The notes: generated from the sequence alone by a model not told the origin. Counted from the first letter of the stretch, positions 29,131 to 38,509 are shown. The stretch: DNA of 64,000 nt from an uncultured bacterium (GCA_963822585.1 CAWGIE010000036.1:192001-256000); one strand, 5' to 3'. Translations and numbers: made by a program.

Positions 29131-30436
29131 GTTTTTTGCTTTTCAACGCTTCTTTTCCCAGTTTGATCAACTGGACAAGGTCGCGTCCCGCTGAGCAGAC
29201 GTAAGCGCAGCAGCCGCACTCGATACAGTTTTTTCCCCCCAGTTTTTCGAAATCATCCCACTGTTCTTTCTCGACCATTGTCCCCAGGTCGCTGGGTATC
29301 AGCCCCATCGGACAGCTCCGGAGGCAATCTCCGCAGCGGATACAGGGCATGTTGCGCTCCCGGGAGACGGCTCGCATCACCAGTAATCCGGAAGTTCCCT
29401 TGATGACCGGGGTCTCCATACTTGCCTGGGCGATCCCCATCATGGGGCCGCCGGATATTACTCTCAGATCTCCATCAGGCAGTCCTCCGGCCGCCTCCAA
29501 AAGGTACCGGAAAGGGGTACCTATCCGGACCCGGAAATTGCCGGGCTTTTTCACACCGGGACCACTGACGGTGACCACCCGGTCGATCAGCGGTTTTCCC
29601 TCGGCAACGGCCTCGGCAATCGCCACTGCGGTACCGACATTTTGAACGACGCACCCGACCGCCGAAGGAAGTCCCCCGGCCGGCACTTCCCGGTGAAAAA
29701 GGGAATAGATAAGCTGCTTTTCAGCTCCCTGGGGGTATTTAACCTTGAGCAGCCTGGTGGTGATATTTTTCTCCTTGTGAACCGCCGCCTGCAGCTTGTA
29801 AAAAGCATCCATCTTGTTGGCTTCGATCGCGATTACCCCCTCTCGGGCCCCGGTGGCCCGCATGATCAGGCGGAGACCGTCAATCACCTTCGTTCCTTCT
29901 TCCACCATCAGGCGGTAGTCAACGGTCAGGAAAGGTTCGCATTCGGCGCCGTTGATCACTGCGTACTCGATCTCGGTCTCGGCGGGAGGGCTGAGTTTGA
30001 CCTGCGTCGGGAAGCCGGCGCCGCCCAACCCGACAACGCCCGCTGCGGCCACCCGGTTTCGAATATCATCCGGAGAGAGCCGGGAGAAATCCCGCAGAGG
30101 CGTCATCCGGCGCCGGGAAGAATCATGCAAGTCGGTCTCGATCTCGATGGCGGCGGACGGACCGGTCGGAGAAGGAAATACATCCAGCGCAATTACCGTA
30201 CCGGAGACGGAAGCATGCAGAGTGGAAGAAATCGGTCCGCCCGGCTCGGCGATCACTTCTCCTTCCTCGACCTTACGGCCGGCCTTAACCACCGGCCGGG
30301 ACGGCGTCCCGGCATTCTGATTAAGGGGTATCACCACCCGGGGAGGAAGCGGGAGCTCTTTGATCTTCTTTTGCTCCGTTTGCTCTTTGTGCTCGGGGAG
30401 ATGAATCCCCCCCTTAAATGTCGGCAGCCTGACCAT
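29123..30436 (-). CDS. rnfC: Rnf electron transport complex subunit C
   Basis: TFKGGIH, HASVSG, GVVGLGGAGFPT, NGAECEPFL, KYPQGAEK, GGPMMG, CIRCGDCLRSCP, CIECGCCAYVC. Confidence 0.96.
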   Translation of the reverse strand: MVRLPTFKGGIHLPEHKEQTEQKKIKELPLPPRVVIPLNQNAGTPSRPVVKAGRKVEEGEVIAEPGGPISSTLHASVSGTVIALDVFPSPTGPSAAIEIETDLHDSSRRRMTPLRDFSRLSPDDIRNRVAAAGVVGLGGAGFPTQVKLSPPAETEIEYAVINGAECEPFLTVDYRLMVEEGTKVIDGLRLIMRATGAREGVIAIEANKMDAFYKLQAAVHKEKNITTRLLKVKYPQGAEKQLIYSLFHREVPAGGLPSAVGCVVQNVGTAVAIAEAVAEGKPLIDRVVTVSGPGVKKPGNFRVRIGTPFRYLLEAAGGLPDGDLRVISGGPMMGIAQASMETPVIKGTSGLLVMRAVSRERNMPCIRCGDCLRSCPMGLIPSDLGTMVEKEQWDDFEKLGGKNCIECGCCAYVCSAGRDLVQLIKLGKEALKSKKQG

Positions 30437-30821
30437 TAGAACTTAGCCCTCGCTTCGCTCGGGCGACTAAATAAAACTACGAATTACGCGAAACTTGTCC
30501 TGAGCGTAGCCGAAGGATTACACGAATTTTCTTTAAAATATCCCTGCACTGTCGGTTCAATGCTTGTACATTCCTATTTTTTCGGCCTCCCCCGAAGCAT
30601 TAATCGGGGTAGAAAAAATAAGATTATTGAAATTCCTAAACAGGAACTTAGTTCCGCAACTTATTTAACCGCAAATCTTCGCTAATTCAAAAAATAAGAA
30701 CTACGAATTTCACCCCCGATTAAAACTTCGGAGCGGAGAAATTACACGAATTAATCTTAAATATTCCTGCAATATCGATTCAATGCCTGCACATTATTAT
30801 TTTTTCGCAGAAAAAATAATA
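30437..30821. repeat. Duplicated composite intergenic element with nested REP-like hairpins
   Basis: Two related units aactacgaat...ttacacgaat...taaa(a)tat(c/t)cctgca...cg(g/a)ttcaatgc(t/c)tg(t/c)acatt...ttttt..agaaaaaataa; nested cttgtcctgagcgtagccgaagga, ccccgaagcattaatcgggg and ccccgattaaaacttcgga. Confidence 0.65.
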
Positions 30822-31734
30822 TTACCAGGCAACACCCGCCCCCCTGACCTCCATGACATACCGGATAACCGCTTTTCTTTTCCACAATCACCGCCCAGAG
30901 ACGAACCTGACGGGACTGATACTTCTTCAAGTCGATAATATCGCCGGTCAGGTACCCGATCACAGCCGGATCGAACCGGGACCGGACCAGCTCATATGCA
31001 TACTCCCGGTCGGCGGAAGTAAACGGCTGCTCCAGCTTCCGTATAAAACCGGTATAGGACCGGGCAATACCCGTCAAACCGGCCCGCTGATCGGGCGCGG
31101 GGGAGGCGGACGCCGGAACCCGAACAGGAGGAGGCGGGGATGGAGAAACGGGGGCGGGCGGGGGAGGAGTTTCCGTTCTCCGGCGCGTGATGAATTTTTC
31201 TCGGATGGAGGGCGCGGCGCGTGACGGAGAGACATCTCCCACCGGAATGACGGCCCGGGGACGGTCCGGCCCCTCCGGCGGGGAGGTCGAGACTGCTCGG
31301 GAGGAGGATGAGATATAGCGGGAATCCACCCAGAGCCTCCCGGTTTCCGGGAGCTCGATCCTCACCCATCCTGCTTCTTCCTGAAGAACCGTAACGGCGG
31401 TGCCCTTCCGGAGATAGGTCAGACGCCCGTAGGAAATTCCGGGTCCGCTCCGGACATTGACCCGGCTGCCGATGACCACCCCATCTTTAATATACGCGGC
31501 CGTGACCCAAGCCTCGATCCCCGGCGGGGGAACGATCGCCGACCATTCACCATCGGTCAGAATGACCTGTACCTGCTGCCCTTTCTGCAGCTGGCCGACA
31601 ATCTCCGATTTCAGACTGGGACTGACCCGGAGATTAACGCTATTTCCGGTGACTGTTCGGGTGATGGGGATGACATCGCCGAAGACCGGGGGAATCGATA
31701 ACAGGGAGAGCGCGAATACCGCAAAATATTTCAT
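30757..31734 (-). CDS. Secreted tandem bacterial SH3 domain protein (probable frameshift near 30856; natural end probably 30822)
   Basis: Signal peptide; two SH3b motifs (VNLRVSPS...GEW...AWV; VNVRSGPG...GWVRI...LWV); Pro-rich linker; C-terminal beta domain. Confidence 0.85.
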   Translation of the reverse strand: MKYFAVFALSLLSIPPVFGDVIPITRTVTGNSVNLRVSPSLKSEIVGQLQKGQQVQVILTDGEWSAIVPPPGIEAWVTAAYIKDGVVIGSRVNVRSGPGISYGRLTYLRKGTAVTVLQEEAGWVRIELPETGRLWVDSRYISSSSRAVSTSPPEGPDRPRAVIPVGDVSPSRAAPSIREKFITRRRTETPPPPAPVSPSPPPPVRVPASASPAPDQRAGLTGIARSYTGFIRKLEQPFTSADREYAYELVRSRFDPAVIGYLTGDIIDLKKYQSRQVRLWAVIVEKKSGYPVCHGGQGGGCCLVILFFLRKNNNVQALNRYCRNI

Positions 31735-31754
31735 CAATCTATTCGGCGGGAAAA

Positions 31755-31910
31755 TTATTCTTTTACCGTTATTTTTTGAAGTCCGAGGACGGATTGACCC
31801 TCATTCCACTTGCCTTTTTCCTGCAGATAACGGATCCGTTCATACCGTTTAAGCACGTTACGCTTGGCCTTGATCTTCCCTTTTCCTCCAAAACTCGGAT
31901 GCTGAGACAT
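31755..31910 (-). CDS. PVC superphylum signature small basic protein (not in ORF track)
   Basis: GGAGG RBS then MSQHPSFGGKGKIKAKRNVLKRYERIRYLQEKGKWNEGQSVLGLQKITVKE*, with the hallmark MS.H.S...RNVLKR.ERI..L...G.W.EG..V.GL.K. Confidence 0.9.
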   Translation of the reverse strand: MSQHPSFGGKGKIKAKRNVLKRYERIRYLQEKGKWNEGQSVLGLQKITVKE

Positions 31911-31930
31911 CGAAATAACCTCCGTAAATA

Positions 31931-32230
31931 AATTAGCGCCTTCGGCGCCAATTTATGTGGACCCCGATTGAATCAATCGGGGTCTGTTAGTTAACTAAAA
32001 TAATTCCCTCGAGGCAATTGCATCAAAAAGTCTTTCAACCATCAGCCGACATAAACCTCCCGGGACATGATTGTTTTTCGACTAGAAGTATACAGCTCTT
32101 ATTTTTTCAGAGAAAAAAATAAGATTATTGTGCGCCAGAGGCGCATCCCGATAGCTATCGGGGAAATTCCGAAGCAGCAAGTTAGCGCCTTCGGCGCAAT
32201 TTCCATACCCTGATTGATTCAATCGGGGTA
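31931..32230. repeat. Composite REP-like element (GCGCC and CCCCGATT hairpins at both ends, T-run/A-run palindrome inside)
   Basis: aattagcgccttcggcgccaattt; gaccccgattgaatcaatcggggtc; tcttattttttcagagaaaaaaataaga; ttagcgccttcggcgcaattt; taccctgattgattcaatcggggta. Confidence 0.7.
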
Positions 32231-32349
32231 CACCTTCAATACCGTAAAACCTTTTTCCAGATTCCGGGAGTGTATATCTTTTCAGGAAGGAGGGGAAGGA
32301 AAGTTTTACCGGGGGGAAGTGCTGCTTCTTCGGAATGATTAAAAATTAT

Positions 32350-33675
32350 TTATTCCGCTGCCTTCTCTTCTCCTGTCCTATCGAGACCGGCCAGGATATC
32401 CCCGGCGATACCGGCGAAACTGCTTTCCGGATATTCCTTCCGGAGGCGCTGAAGAATCTCCCGGGATGCCGCCGGGCGGCGCGCTTTCAGCTCGCTCAAC
32501 CCCCAGCAGTAGAGGGCCTCCGCGCGATCGCCGAAGGCGGGGAATTTCGCCAGCAACTCCTGAAACTCCCGGCAGGCCCGGTCATAATTGCCCCGTTTCC
32601 CCTGGATATAGGCCCGGGCGAAAAGTGCATTATCCAGCAGGGTGCTTTCGTTGTTCGGATCGCTTTTGATGATCGTCTCCAGCAGCGGGCGGGCGTTCTC
32701 CCACTGTTCCTCTTCCATGTAGCATCCGGCCAGCTGCCAGGCGGTCTCCAGATCATGAGGAGAGGACTTCAGCCGAGCCCGGAGTCGGGGCACGCTCTTC
32801 TCTTTATCCAGGAGATCGAGCATCCTGTTCAGCAGCGCCTCGGCGCCGGCGGTACCGTCTATGCCCCCCAGCCGGCTTCCGTCGCTTCCCAGAAAGAGAA
32901 TGGCGGGCACTGTGGCGACGCCGTAACTCGTGAAGGCGACGGGCGCCGTGCGGTGATCGAGCCAGACGGGGACAAATCGCTGGGCCGCGTCGATGATCTT
33001 TTCCTCGGTGAAAACCGCCCGCTCGAACTCCCGGCACAGTTTACTGCCGCCGCTCCGGAAATAAAGAAGCAGGGGTCGGCCGCTGGACCGGGAGTTGGCC
33101 AGCGCGGAGGGCAGATCGGTCTTCCAGCCGATCACCGAGTTCAGCCGGTCAATCGCCTGCTCGGCGGCCTTTCGGACCGGATAGGTGCCCCCCGAGGAAT
33201 CATAATAGGGATCACTACCGGCCACCGCCCTGAGGGGGCTTAGCGCCCGGCGATCTCCCGATCGCCCCAGGGCGAAAGCGGCCGCCCAGCGAACCTCCCA
33301 GCTCCCGTCCTGGAGCAGGGGGACCAGCCCCTCAAGGTCCGCTTTCCCCATCATTCCCAACCCGAGGGCGGAGATGCGCCGCACGTCATTGCTCGATGAA
33401 ACCAGTCCTTGCCGGAAGATATCTTCGACCGTCGGTCCCCCGATCCGGGAAAGGGCGTAGGCCGCGCAGTGACGGACCAGCATCGAGCGGTCCTGGAGCC
33501 GGGGCGCCAGCAGCCCGATCGCCGCCGCGCCTTCCGCCGCCAGCGAGAGGCAGGCATCGGACCGGACCTCGGCGTCGGGCGACTGCAGTTCCGTCTTCAA
33601 CGTATCGATCCCCTCCCCCGCTATTGCAGACGTAGAGGCAAGTAACGTCATCATCCATATCAGCTTTATTTTCAT
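32350..33675 (-). CDS. Secreted HEAT-repeat / thioredoxin-like / TPR protein
   Basis: Signal peptide; VR..AA.AL HEAT repeats; W..DL..AL....SGRPLLLYF...C..FE..VF...VP.ILFL thioredoxin-like domain; YbgF-like TPRs. Confidence 0.8.
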   Translation of the reverse strand: MKIKLIWMMTLLASTSAIAGEGIDTLKTELQSPDAEVRSDACLSLAAEGAAAIGLLAPRLQDRSMLVRHCAAYALSRIGGPTVEDIFRQGLVSSSNDVRRISALGLGMMGKADLEGLVPLLQDGSWEVRWAAAFALGRSGDRRALSPLRAVAGSDPYYDSSGGTYPVRKAAEQAIDRLNSVIGWKTDLPSALANSRSSGRPLLLYFRSGGSKLCREFERAVFTEEKIIDAAQRFVPVWLDHRTAPVAFTSYGVATVPAILFLGSDGSRLGGIDGTAGAEALLNRMLDLLDKEKSVPRLRARLKSSPHDLETAWQLAGCYMEEEQWENARPLLETIIKSDPNNESTLLDNALFARAYIQGKRGNYDRACREFQELLAKFPAFGDRAEALYCWGLSELKARRPAASREILQRLRKEYPESSFAGIAGDILAGLDRTGEEKAAE

Positions 33676-33677
33676 GC

Positions 33678-33900
33678 TATACCCTGCTCGAAAAGGATTT
33701 CGAGCACCCCGGTAAAACCGGGGTAAATCCTAATATCGAAATCCTAAATAAATCTAAAATCCAAATGATCAAATGTTTCAAATATAGCCGATTTTAGCTC
33801 CATTGTTTTGGATTTTTTAGTTTTGGTCTTTTGATATTGTTTAGGATTTAGAATTTAGATATTAGGATTTGAGAGCTTACGAGCTTTTCCAGTAAGCTCA
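33678..33900. repeat. Inverted-arm element, 7-mer AAATCCT family, with outer imperfect inverted ends
   Basis: aaatcctaatatcgaaatcctaaataaatctaaaatccaaat ... tttaggatttagaatttagatattaggattt; left end tataccctgctcgaaaag is identical to the sequence at 52480. Confidence 0.75.
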
Positions 33901-33902
33901 TG

Positions 33903-34880
33903 CTATATCCTTAACTGATCCAGTATATCATCCGATATGGACTGGGCGGAAAACTTCTTTATCTCTCTCCCATCCGGTCCGCGGCAGAGGATCTCCAGAA
34001 CCGATTTATCCTTTTCCTTGCTGTAACGGGCGCAGATGGCGGCGGCGATCTGAAGATCTTCCGGAGATGCTTCCCCTGCATTTCTCAGCAGGATCAGGCT
34101 CCCCGGTTTATCCGCCGCCTGGAAGAGGTAATCGCCGGGGCCGGCCTGATCTTCCAGTTGCAGGTTCTCCCCTTCGTTCCGGCCGGACACCACTCTGGCG
34201 CCGGAGGGAAGGCGAAAATGCCGTCCGATCCGAAGGAGTTCCAGGTCGGCACTGTTCCATCCCTCATGCTCTTTCAGCTCTTTCAGTCTCCGGCAGTAAT
34301 TCTTTTCCGTCAGAAGACATCCCCCGGCCGGCGTGGAATATTCGGTCAACCCGTACCGGCGGGCCAGTTCCAACTGTTTCTTCCGGGAACGTCCGGAGAG
34401 ACCCAGGAGCTTCGATCGGTCGACCCACCCCTCCTGCTCCGGGATCGTCTCCTCCAGAAGGAGCGCCGACAGGGGACGAAGAAGAAACCCCCGCGCGATC
34501 CCTTTCATGACCGAGTTCAGGGCATCCCTGGTCTGGGACTTGGGCCGCTGGCCGAGCACCTCGCCGGTGAATATGAAGGACGCTCCCCGTTCCTCCATTT
34601 GCCCGGCGGCGGTCTCCACCATCAGCCGATGACAGTCGGTACAGGGATTGCAGTTCTTGCCGTATCCGTATCGCGGTTTCTGAAGGATCCCGAGATATTT
34701 CTTCGTTATATCGAGGGAATAAAACGGTATCCCCAGTTGACCGGCGGCCCGGCGCCCCCGTCCGCTGCCGAAGAACGGGGTGGAAAAACCGATCCCGGAA
34801 ACCTCGATCCCCTGGTCGAGAATCAGCCGGGCCGCCAGCATGCTGTCCAGGCCGCCGGAGAGTAAAGAAAGAGCTTTCAT
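33903..34880 (-). CDS. PP-loop tRNA sulfurtransferase-like protein (ThiI/MnmA-like) with C-terminal NFACT-R/DUF814-type domain
   Basis: MKALSLLSGGLDS, NPCTDC, TGEVLGQRPKSQ, GRSRK, PAGGCLLT, GRHFRL, GRNEGEN. Confidence 0.85.
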   Translation of the reverse strand: MKALSLLSGGLDSMLAARLILDQGIEVSGIGFSTPFFGSGRGRRAAGQLGIPFYSLDITKKYLGILQKPRYGYGKNCNPCTDCHRLMVETAAGQMEERGASFIFTGEVLGQRPKSQTRDALNSVMKGIARGFLLRPLSALLLEETIPEQEGWVDRSKLLGLSGRSRKKQLELARRYGLTEYSTPAGGCLLTEKNYCRRLKELKEHEGWNSADLELLRIGRHFRLPSGARVVSGRNEGENLQLEDQAGPGDYLFQAADKPGSLILLRNAGEASPEDLQIAAAICARYSKEKDKSVLEILCRGPDGREIKKFSAQSISDDILDQLRI

Positions 34881-34891
34881 CGGAAACAAAA

Positions 34892-34989
34892 AGGAGTGAT
34901 GGAGTGGTGGAATGATGGAGTGCTGGAAACCGCTCCGGGCCACGCCGTGCACCTCATCACTCCATCACTCCATCATTCCATTACTCCCT
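34892..34989. repeat. Inverted-arm element, 8-mer family, copy 4
   Basis: aggagtgatggagtggtggaatgatggagtgctgg ... catcactccatcactccatcattccattactccct. Confidence 0.85.
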
Positions 34990-35015
34990 TCTGACTGGGG
35001 GTAAGTTGTTATGCC

Positions 35016-36095
35016 TCATTTAAAGAGAAAGCGTATCACATCACCTTCCCGCACCGGATACTCCCGTCCCTCGATCCGGAGCTGCCCCCGTTTCTTGACT
35101 TCGGCCATCGATCCCGCCGCCGATAGATCGTCGAAAGAAACCACCTCCGCTTTGATGAAACCCGCTTCCATGTCCGAGTGGATCAGGCCGGCAGCTTTCC
35201 GGGCGGGGGTCTCTGCCGGGATCATCCAGGCCCGCACCTCAGGTCCTTCCTTGGTGAAAAAAGTGACCAGACCCAGAGTTTTCCGGGCGGCGAGAATCAG
35301 CCGGTGCAGCCCCGCCTCCCCCATGGCCATCGCTTCCCGGAAAGTCGCTCGGTCTTCCTCCGGAAGAGAGATGATCTCCGCCTCGAGTTTGCCGCTGATG
35401 GGGATCAGTTCACACCCTTTTTCCCGGATTTTCTCCCGCAGGGCGACCAGACCGGCATCTTCGTCACACTCCTCGCCGGTATTGGCCACGAAAAGGACCG
35501 GCTTCAGGGTCAGAAGCGGCAGGTCGGGGACAACCGCCCGGACCCTCTCCGCCAGTTCCGTCCCCCGGCAATCGGCTCCCTCCCCCAGTCTCCTTTTCAG
35601 AAGTTCCAGGACTTCCCGCGGTTCTTCATCCTGATGGGGCGCGGCGGTCCTGCCCCGATTAATCTTTTCCAGCCGCTTCTCTACCATCTCCAGGTCGGCC
35701 AGGATCAGCTCCAGCCGCACCGCCTCGATATCCCTGACCGGGTCAATCCCGCCCATAACGTGAGCCACGTCAACCGCTGGGAAGCAGCGGGCCACGTGAG
35801 CCAGGGCGTCCATCTCCCGGATAGCGGCCAGAAACTGGTTTCCCAACCCCTCGCCCCGGCTGGCGCCCTCCACCAAGCCGGCGACATCGACGAACCTGAT
35901 CGTCGCCGGCACCAGTCTCTCGGGTTGGAATATTTCCCGGAGCGTTTCCAGACGCCGGTCGGGGACAGGCACCATCCCCACATTGGGCTCGATGGTGGTA
36001 AAGGGATGCTTCCTGACCTCGACCTCGGTTCCGGCCAGGGCGTTAAAAACGGTCGATTTCCCGGCGTTGGGAAGCCCAATTATACCGATCTTCAT
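35016..36095 (-). CDS. ychF: Redox-regulated ATPase YchF
   Basis: GIIGLPNAGKST, PFTTIEPNVG, DVAGLVEGASRGEGLGNQFL, AGLIHSD, C-terminal TGS domain. Confidence 0.96.
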   Translation of the reverse strand: MKIGIIGLPNAGKSTVFNALAGTEVEVRKHPFTTIEPNVGMVPVPDRRLETLREIFQPERLVPATIRFVDVAGLVEGASRGEGLGNQFLAAIREMDALAHVARCFPAVDVAHVMGGIDPVRDIEAVRLELILADLEMVEKRLEKINRGRTAAPHQDEEPREVLELLKRRLGEGADCRGTELAERVRAVVPDLPLLTLKPVLFVANTGEECDEDAGLVALREKIREKGCELIPISGKLEAEIISLPEEDRATFREAMAMGEAGLHRLILAARKTLGLVTFFTKEGPEVRAWMIPAETPARKAAGLIHSDMEAGFIKAEVVSFDDLSAAGSMAEVKKRGQLRIEGREYPVREGDVIRFLFK

Positions 36096-36096
36096 T

Positions 36097-37224
36097 TTAC
36101 TCTCCCGCCAGGCGGATCAGCTCCTGGACCACCCGGGCCGCCTTGACCAGCTCGAGGAGGGGCAAACTTTCTTCGCGGGTGTGCGGCTTCAGGTACCCCA
36201 CACTCAAGACCAGGGCCGGGATACCAAGACCGTTGATGATGTTGGCGTCGCTGGCCCCGCAGGAGGATTCGGTGGTCATCTCCATTCCCAGCGATTGCAG
36301 CGCACGGCGGAAGAGGTCCAGGGGATAACTGTCTTCGGGAAAGTAGTATCCGGGGTAATCGCGATGGCAGTAGAAGACCGCCTTGCCGCCGGCTTCCGCG
36401 GCCGCCGTGTTGAAACAGCCTTCCATGTGGGCCGCCTGCGCGAGCAGCTTCTCCTCTTCCAGGCTCCGCACCTCTCCTACCACATCGACCAGTTCCGGGA
36501 CAATATTCTGCGCCTGGCCGCCGGAGATGGTCCCGATATTGGCGGTGGTGACCTCGTCTATCCTTCCCAGCTTCATGGCGGCGATCGCCCGGCTGGCGAT
36601 CACCACCGCGCTCACCCCGGATTCGGGATCGATCCCGGCGTGAGCGGCGGTCCCCTTGATCGTGACGGCGATCTTGACCCCGAAGGGGGCGCCGTTCACG
36701 ATCCTCCCCACGGGGCCGTCCGAATCCAGCACGTAGAGCAGCTTCCCCTTCAGCCACTTCTTCTTCAAGGCCTTGGCGCCGAAGAGACCTCTCTCCTCCC
36801 CAACGGTGAAGAGAAATTCCAGGGGGACGGGACTCCCCTCCCCTTCTGCCAGGATCCGGGCACACTCGAGCATGACCGCGACGCCGGCCCGGTTGTCGGC
36901 GCCGAGGATGGTCGTGCCGTCCGAATGAAAGACACCGTCCTTCTCCAGAATCCGGAGCCGATCGGTGGGGAGGATGGTGTCGAGATGGGAGGCGATAATC
37001 AGCCCCGGGGCGGAAGTATATTTTCCCGGGATCCTGACCAGGAGATTCCCACAGTCCCCCCCGATCGCTTCCGCGGCCCCGTCTTCCTCAACGGTGTATC
37101 CCAGGCGGGAGAACTGTTCCTTGAGAAAGTCGGCCACCGGCCGTTCGGCCAGGCTGGGCCCGTTGATGACGGCCAGCTCCCGGAAGGTCCGCGCCAGTCT
37201 TTTTTCATCTATTCCTCGTTTCAC
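36097..37224 (-). CDS. M20 family metallopeptidase (peptidase T-like)
   Basis: SHLDT, LGADNRAG, GEERGL, AHAG, SDAN, HT.EE. Confidence 0.92.
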   Translation of the reverse strand: MKRGIDEKRLARTFRELAVINGPSLAERPVADFLKEQFSRLGYTVEEDGAAEAIGGDCGNLLVRIPGKYTSAPGLIIASHLDTILPTDRLRILEKDGVFHSDGTTILGADNRAGVAVMLECARILAEGEGSPVPLEFLFTVGEERGLFGAKALKKKWLKGKLLYVLDSDGPVGRIVNGAPFGVKIAVTIKGTAAHAGIDPESGVSAVVIASRAIAAMKLGRIDEVTTANIGTISGGQAQNIVPELVDVVGEVRSLEEEKLLAQAAHMEGCFNTAAAEAGGKAVFYCHRDYPGYYFPEDSYPLDLFRRALQSLGMEMTTESSCGASDANIINGLGIPALVLSVGYLKPHTREESLPLLELVKAARVVQELIRLAGE

Positions 37225-37273
37225 GGAGTGGAGTGTATCGCAGGACCGGGAAGGAGTCCAATAATATCAAGAG

Positions 37274-37375
37274 TGAACGTCGAACGCCTGGCCGCCATAG
37301 CCGGCGGGGCGACGGCGGGTCGAACATTCAACGTCCAACGTTCAACATTCAACATCCAACGTTCAACGTTCAACG
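37274..37375. repeat. 7-mer AACGTTC family array with nested GC-rich insert
   Basis: tgaacgtcgaacg[cctggccgccatagccggcggggcgacggcggg]tcgaacattcaacgtccaacgttcaacattcaacatccaacgttcaacgttcaacg; contains the stop codon at 37363. Confidence 0.8.
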
Positions 37376-37893
37376 CCTACTGTGGGGGGAGAAAAGACGG
37401 GTACAGGTCGGTCGGCCAGGTCGGGATAGTCCTTTCGGATCTTCTCCCTCACCCGCTCCAGGTCCAGTCGGGCTTCATCATAGCGCTGCTGGGCGATATC
37501 CCGGGCGCGGCTGGTAAAGGTCACTTTCTTCAGGGCCAGTTCCAGCTGCAGCTCGGCCTGACGTCGCCGGGACTCGGCCAGCTTCTTCCCGACCTCCGCC
37601 CGGGAGACCCCGGGCTCAATGCTGTTCATCTCCTCTTCCAGGCTCCTGATGACCCGTTCATTCTCGCGGATCTCTTCACCCAGGGCCCTTACCTCCTGCC
37701 GGAACTGCTGGAACTGGATACCCGGTCCTCGGTGCCCCCGGCCGCGGTGATGCGGGCCGGGAGAGGGAGCCCCCCCGTCTCCGCCTGCCGGGGTTGCCGT
37801 TCCCGGAGAATAGATATCCGCAACTTCCTGCCCCCATAGTCCCGGAGCCAGAACCAGGGTGATGATACATATGTATCCGCCCATCCATTTCAT
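37363..37893 (-). CDS. Secreted coiled-coil protein (ECF-associated accessory)
   Basis: Start MKWMGG (GGAGG RBS); signal peptide; His/Gly-rich linker; long helical region. Confidence 0.7.
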   Translation of the reverse strand: MKWMGGYICIITLVLAPGLWGQEVADIYSPGTATPAGGDGGAPSPGPHHRGRGHRGPGIQFQQFRQEVRALGEEIRENERVIRSLEEEMNSIEPGVSRAEVGKKLAESRRRQAELQLELALKKVTFTSRARDIAQQRYDEARLDLERVREKIRKDYPDLADRPVPVFSPPTVGVER

Positions 37894-37921
37894 GACATCC
37901 CTCCCGAAACTTTTTTTATCA

Positions 37922-38482
37922 TCATACCGCAGCGGAGACTGACGGGACATATTTCCCGGCTTCCGACCCCGGCTCCGGCGCGGCTAAAAATATCGCCTGT
38001 ATATCATCGATCTCTCCGCACATCTCCGCCACATCCTTGAACTCCTCCTCGACCGTTTCCGATATCGCGACCAGTTCGCTGACTTCAGCAGGCGGGAGCG
38101 ACTGAATCCCCCGGGGAGGAGCGGCCGGTTGACGCGCAATCAAAACCGCGGCCACGACCGCGGCCGCCGCCAGGGCACCGGCCGCCGGCAGCAGGATCGG
38201 ACGGGAAAACAGCCTCCAGGGCCGGGAGAGACCCTGGCCCAGCGACCGGGGCAACCGGGGCACCTCTTCTATCACCTTCATCCGCAACGCGGCCATTTCC
38301 CCGCTGGAGAAATGCGGCCCGGATCCTTCCCGCAGCAGGGAAACCGTCGCCGTCAACCCCCGGAGCAGCCGCCGGCAGCCGGGGCAGGAGGAAAGATGCC
38401 CTTGGAAGCGCTCCCGGTCGGCGGGGGATATCTCGCCGTAGAGATATTCCGGCAGCAATTTTTTAAATGTCCGGCAGTTCAT
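37922..38482 (-). CDS. Zinc-finger (zf-HC2) membrane anti-sigma factor
   Basis: MNC...YLYGE...HLSSCPGC, single TM helix. Confidence 0.88.
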   Translation of the reverse strand: MNCRTFKKLLPEYLYGEISPADRERFQGHLSSCPGCRRLLRGLTATVSLLREGSGPHFSSGEMAALRMKVIEEVPRLPRSLGQGLSRPWRLFSRPILLPAAGALAAAAVVAAVLIARQPAAPPRGIQSLPPAEVSELVAISETVEEEFKDVAEMCGEIDDIQAIFLAAPEPGSEAGKYVPSVSAAV

Positions 38483-38509
38483 GGTGATGAATCACCTCCC
38501 TTCGGGCGC

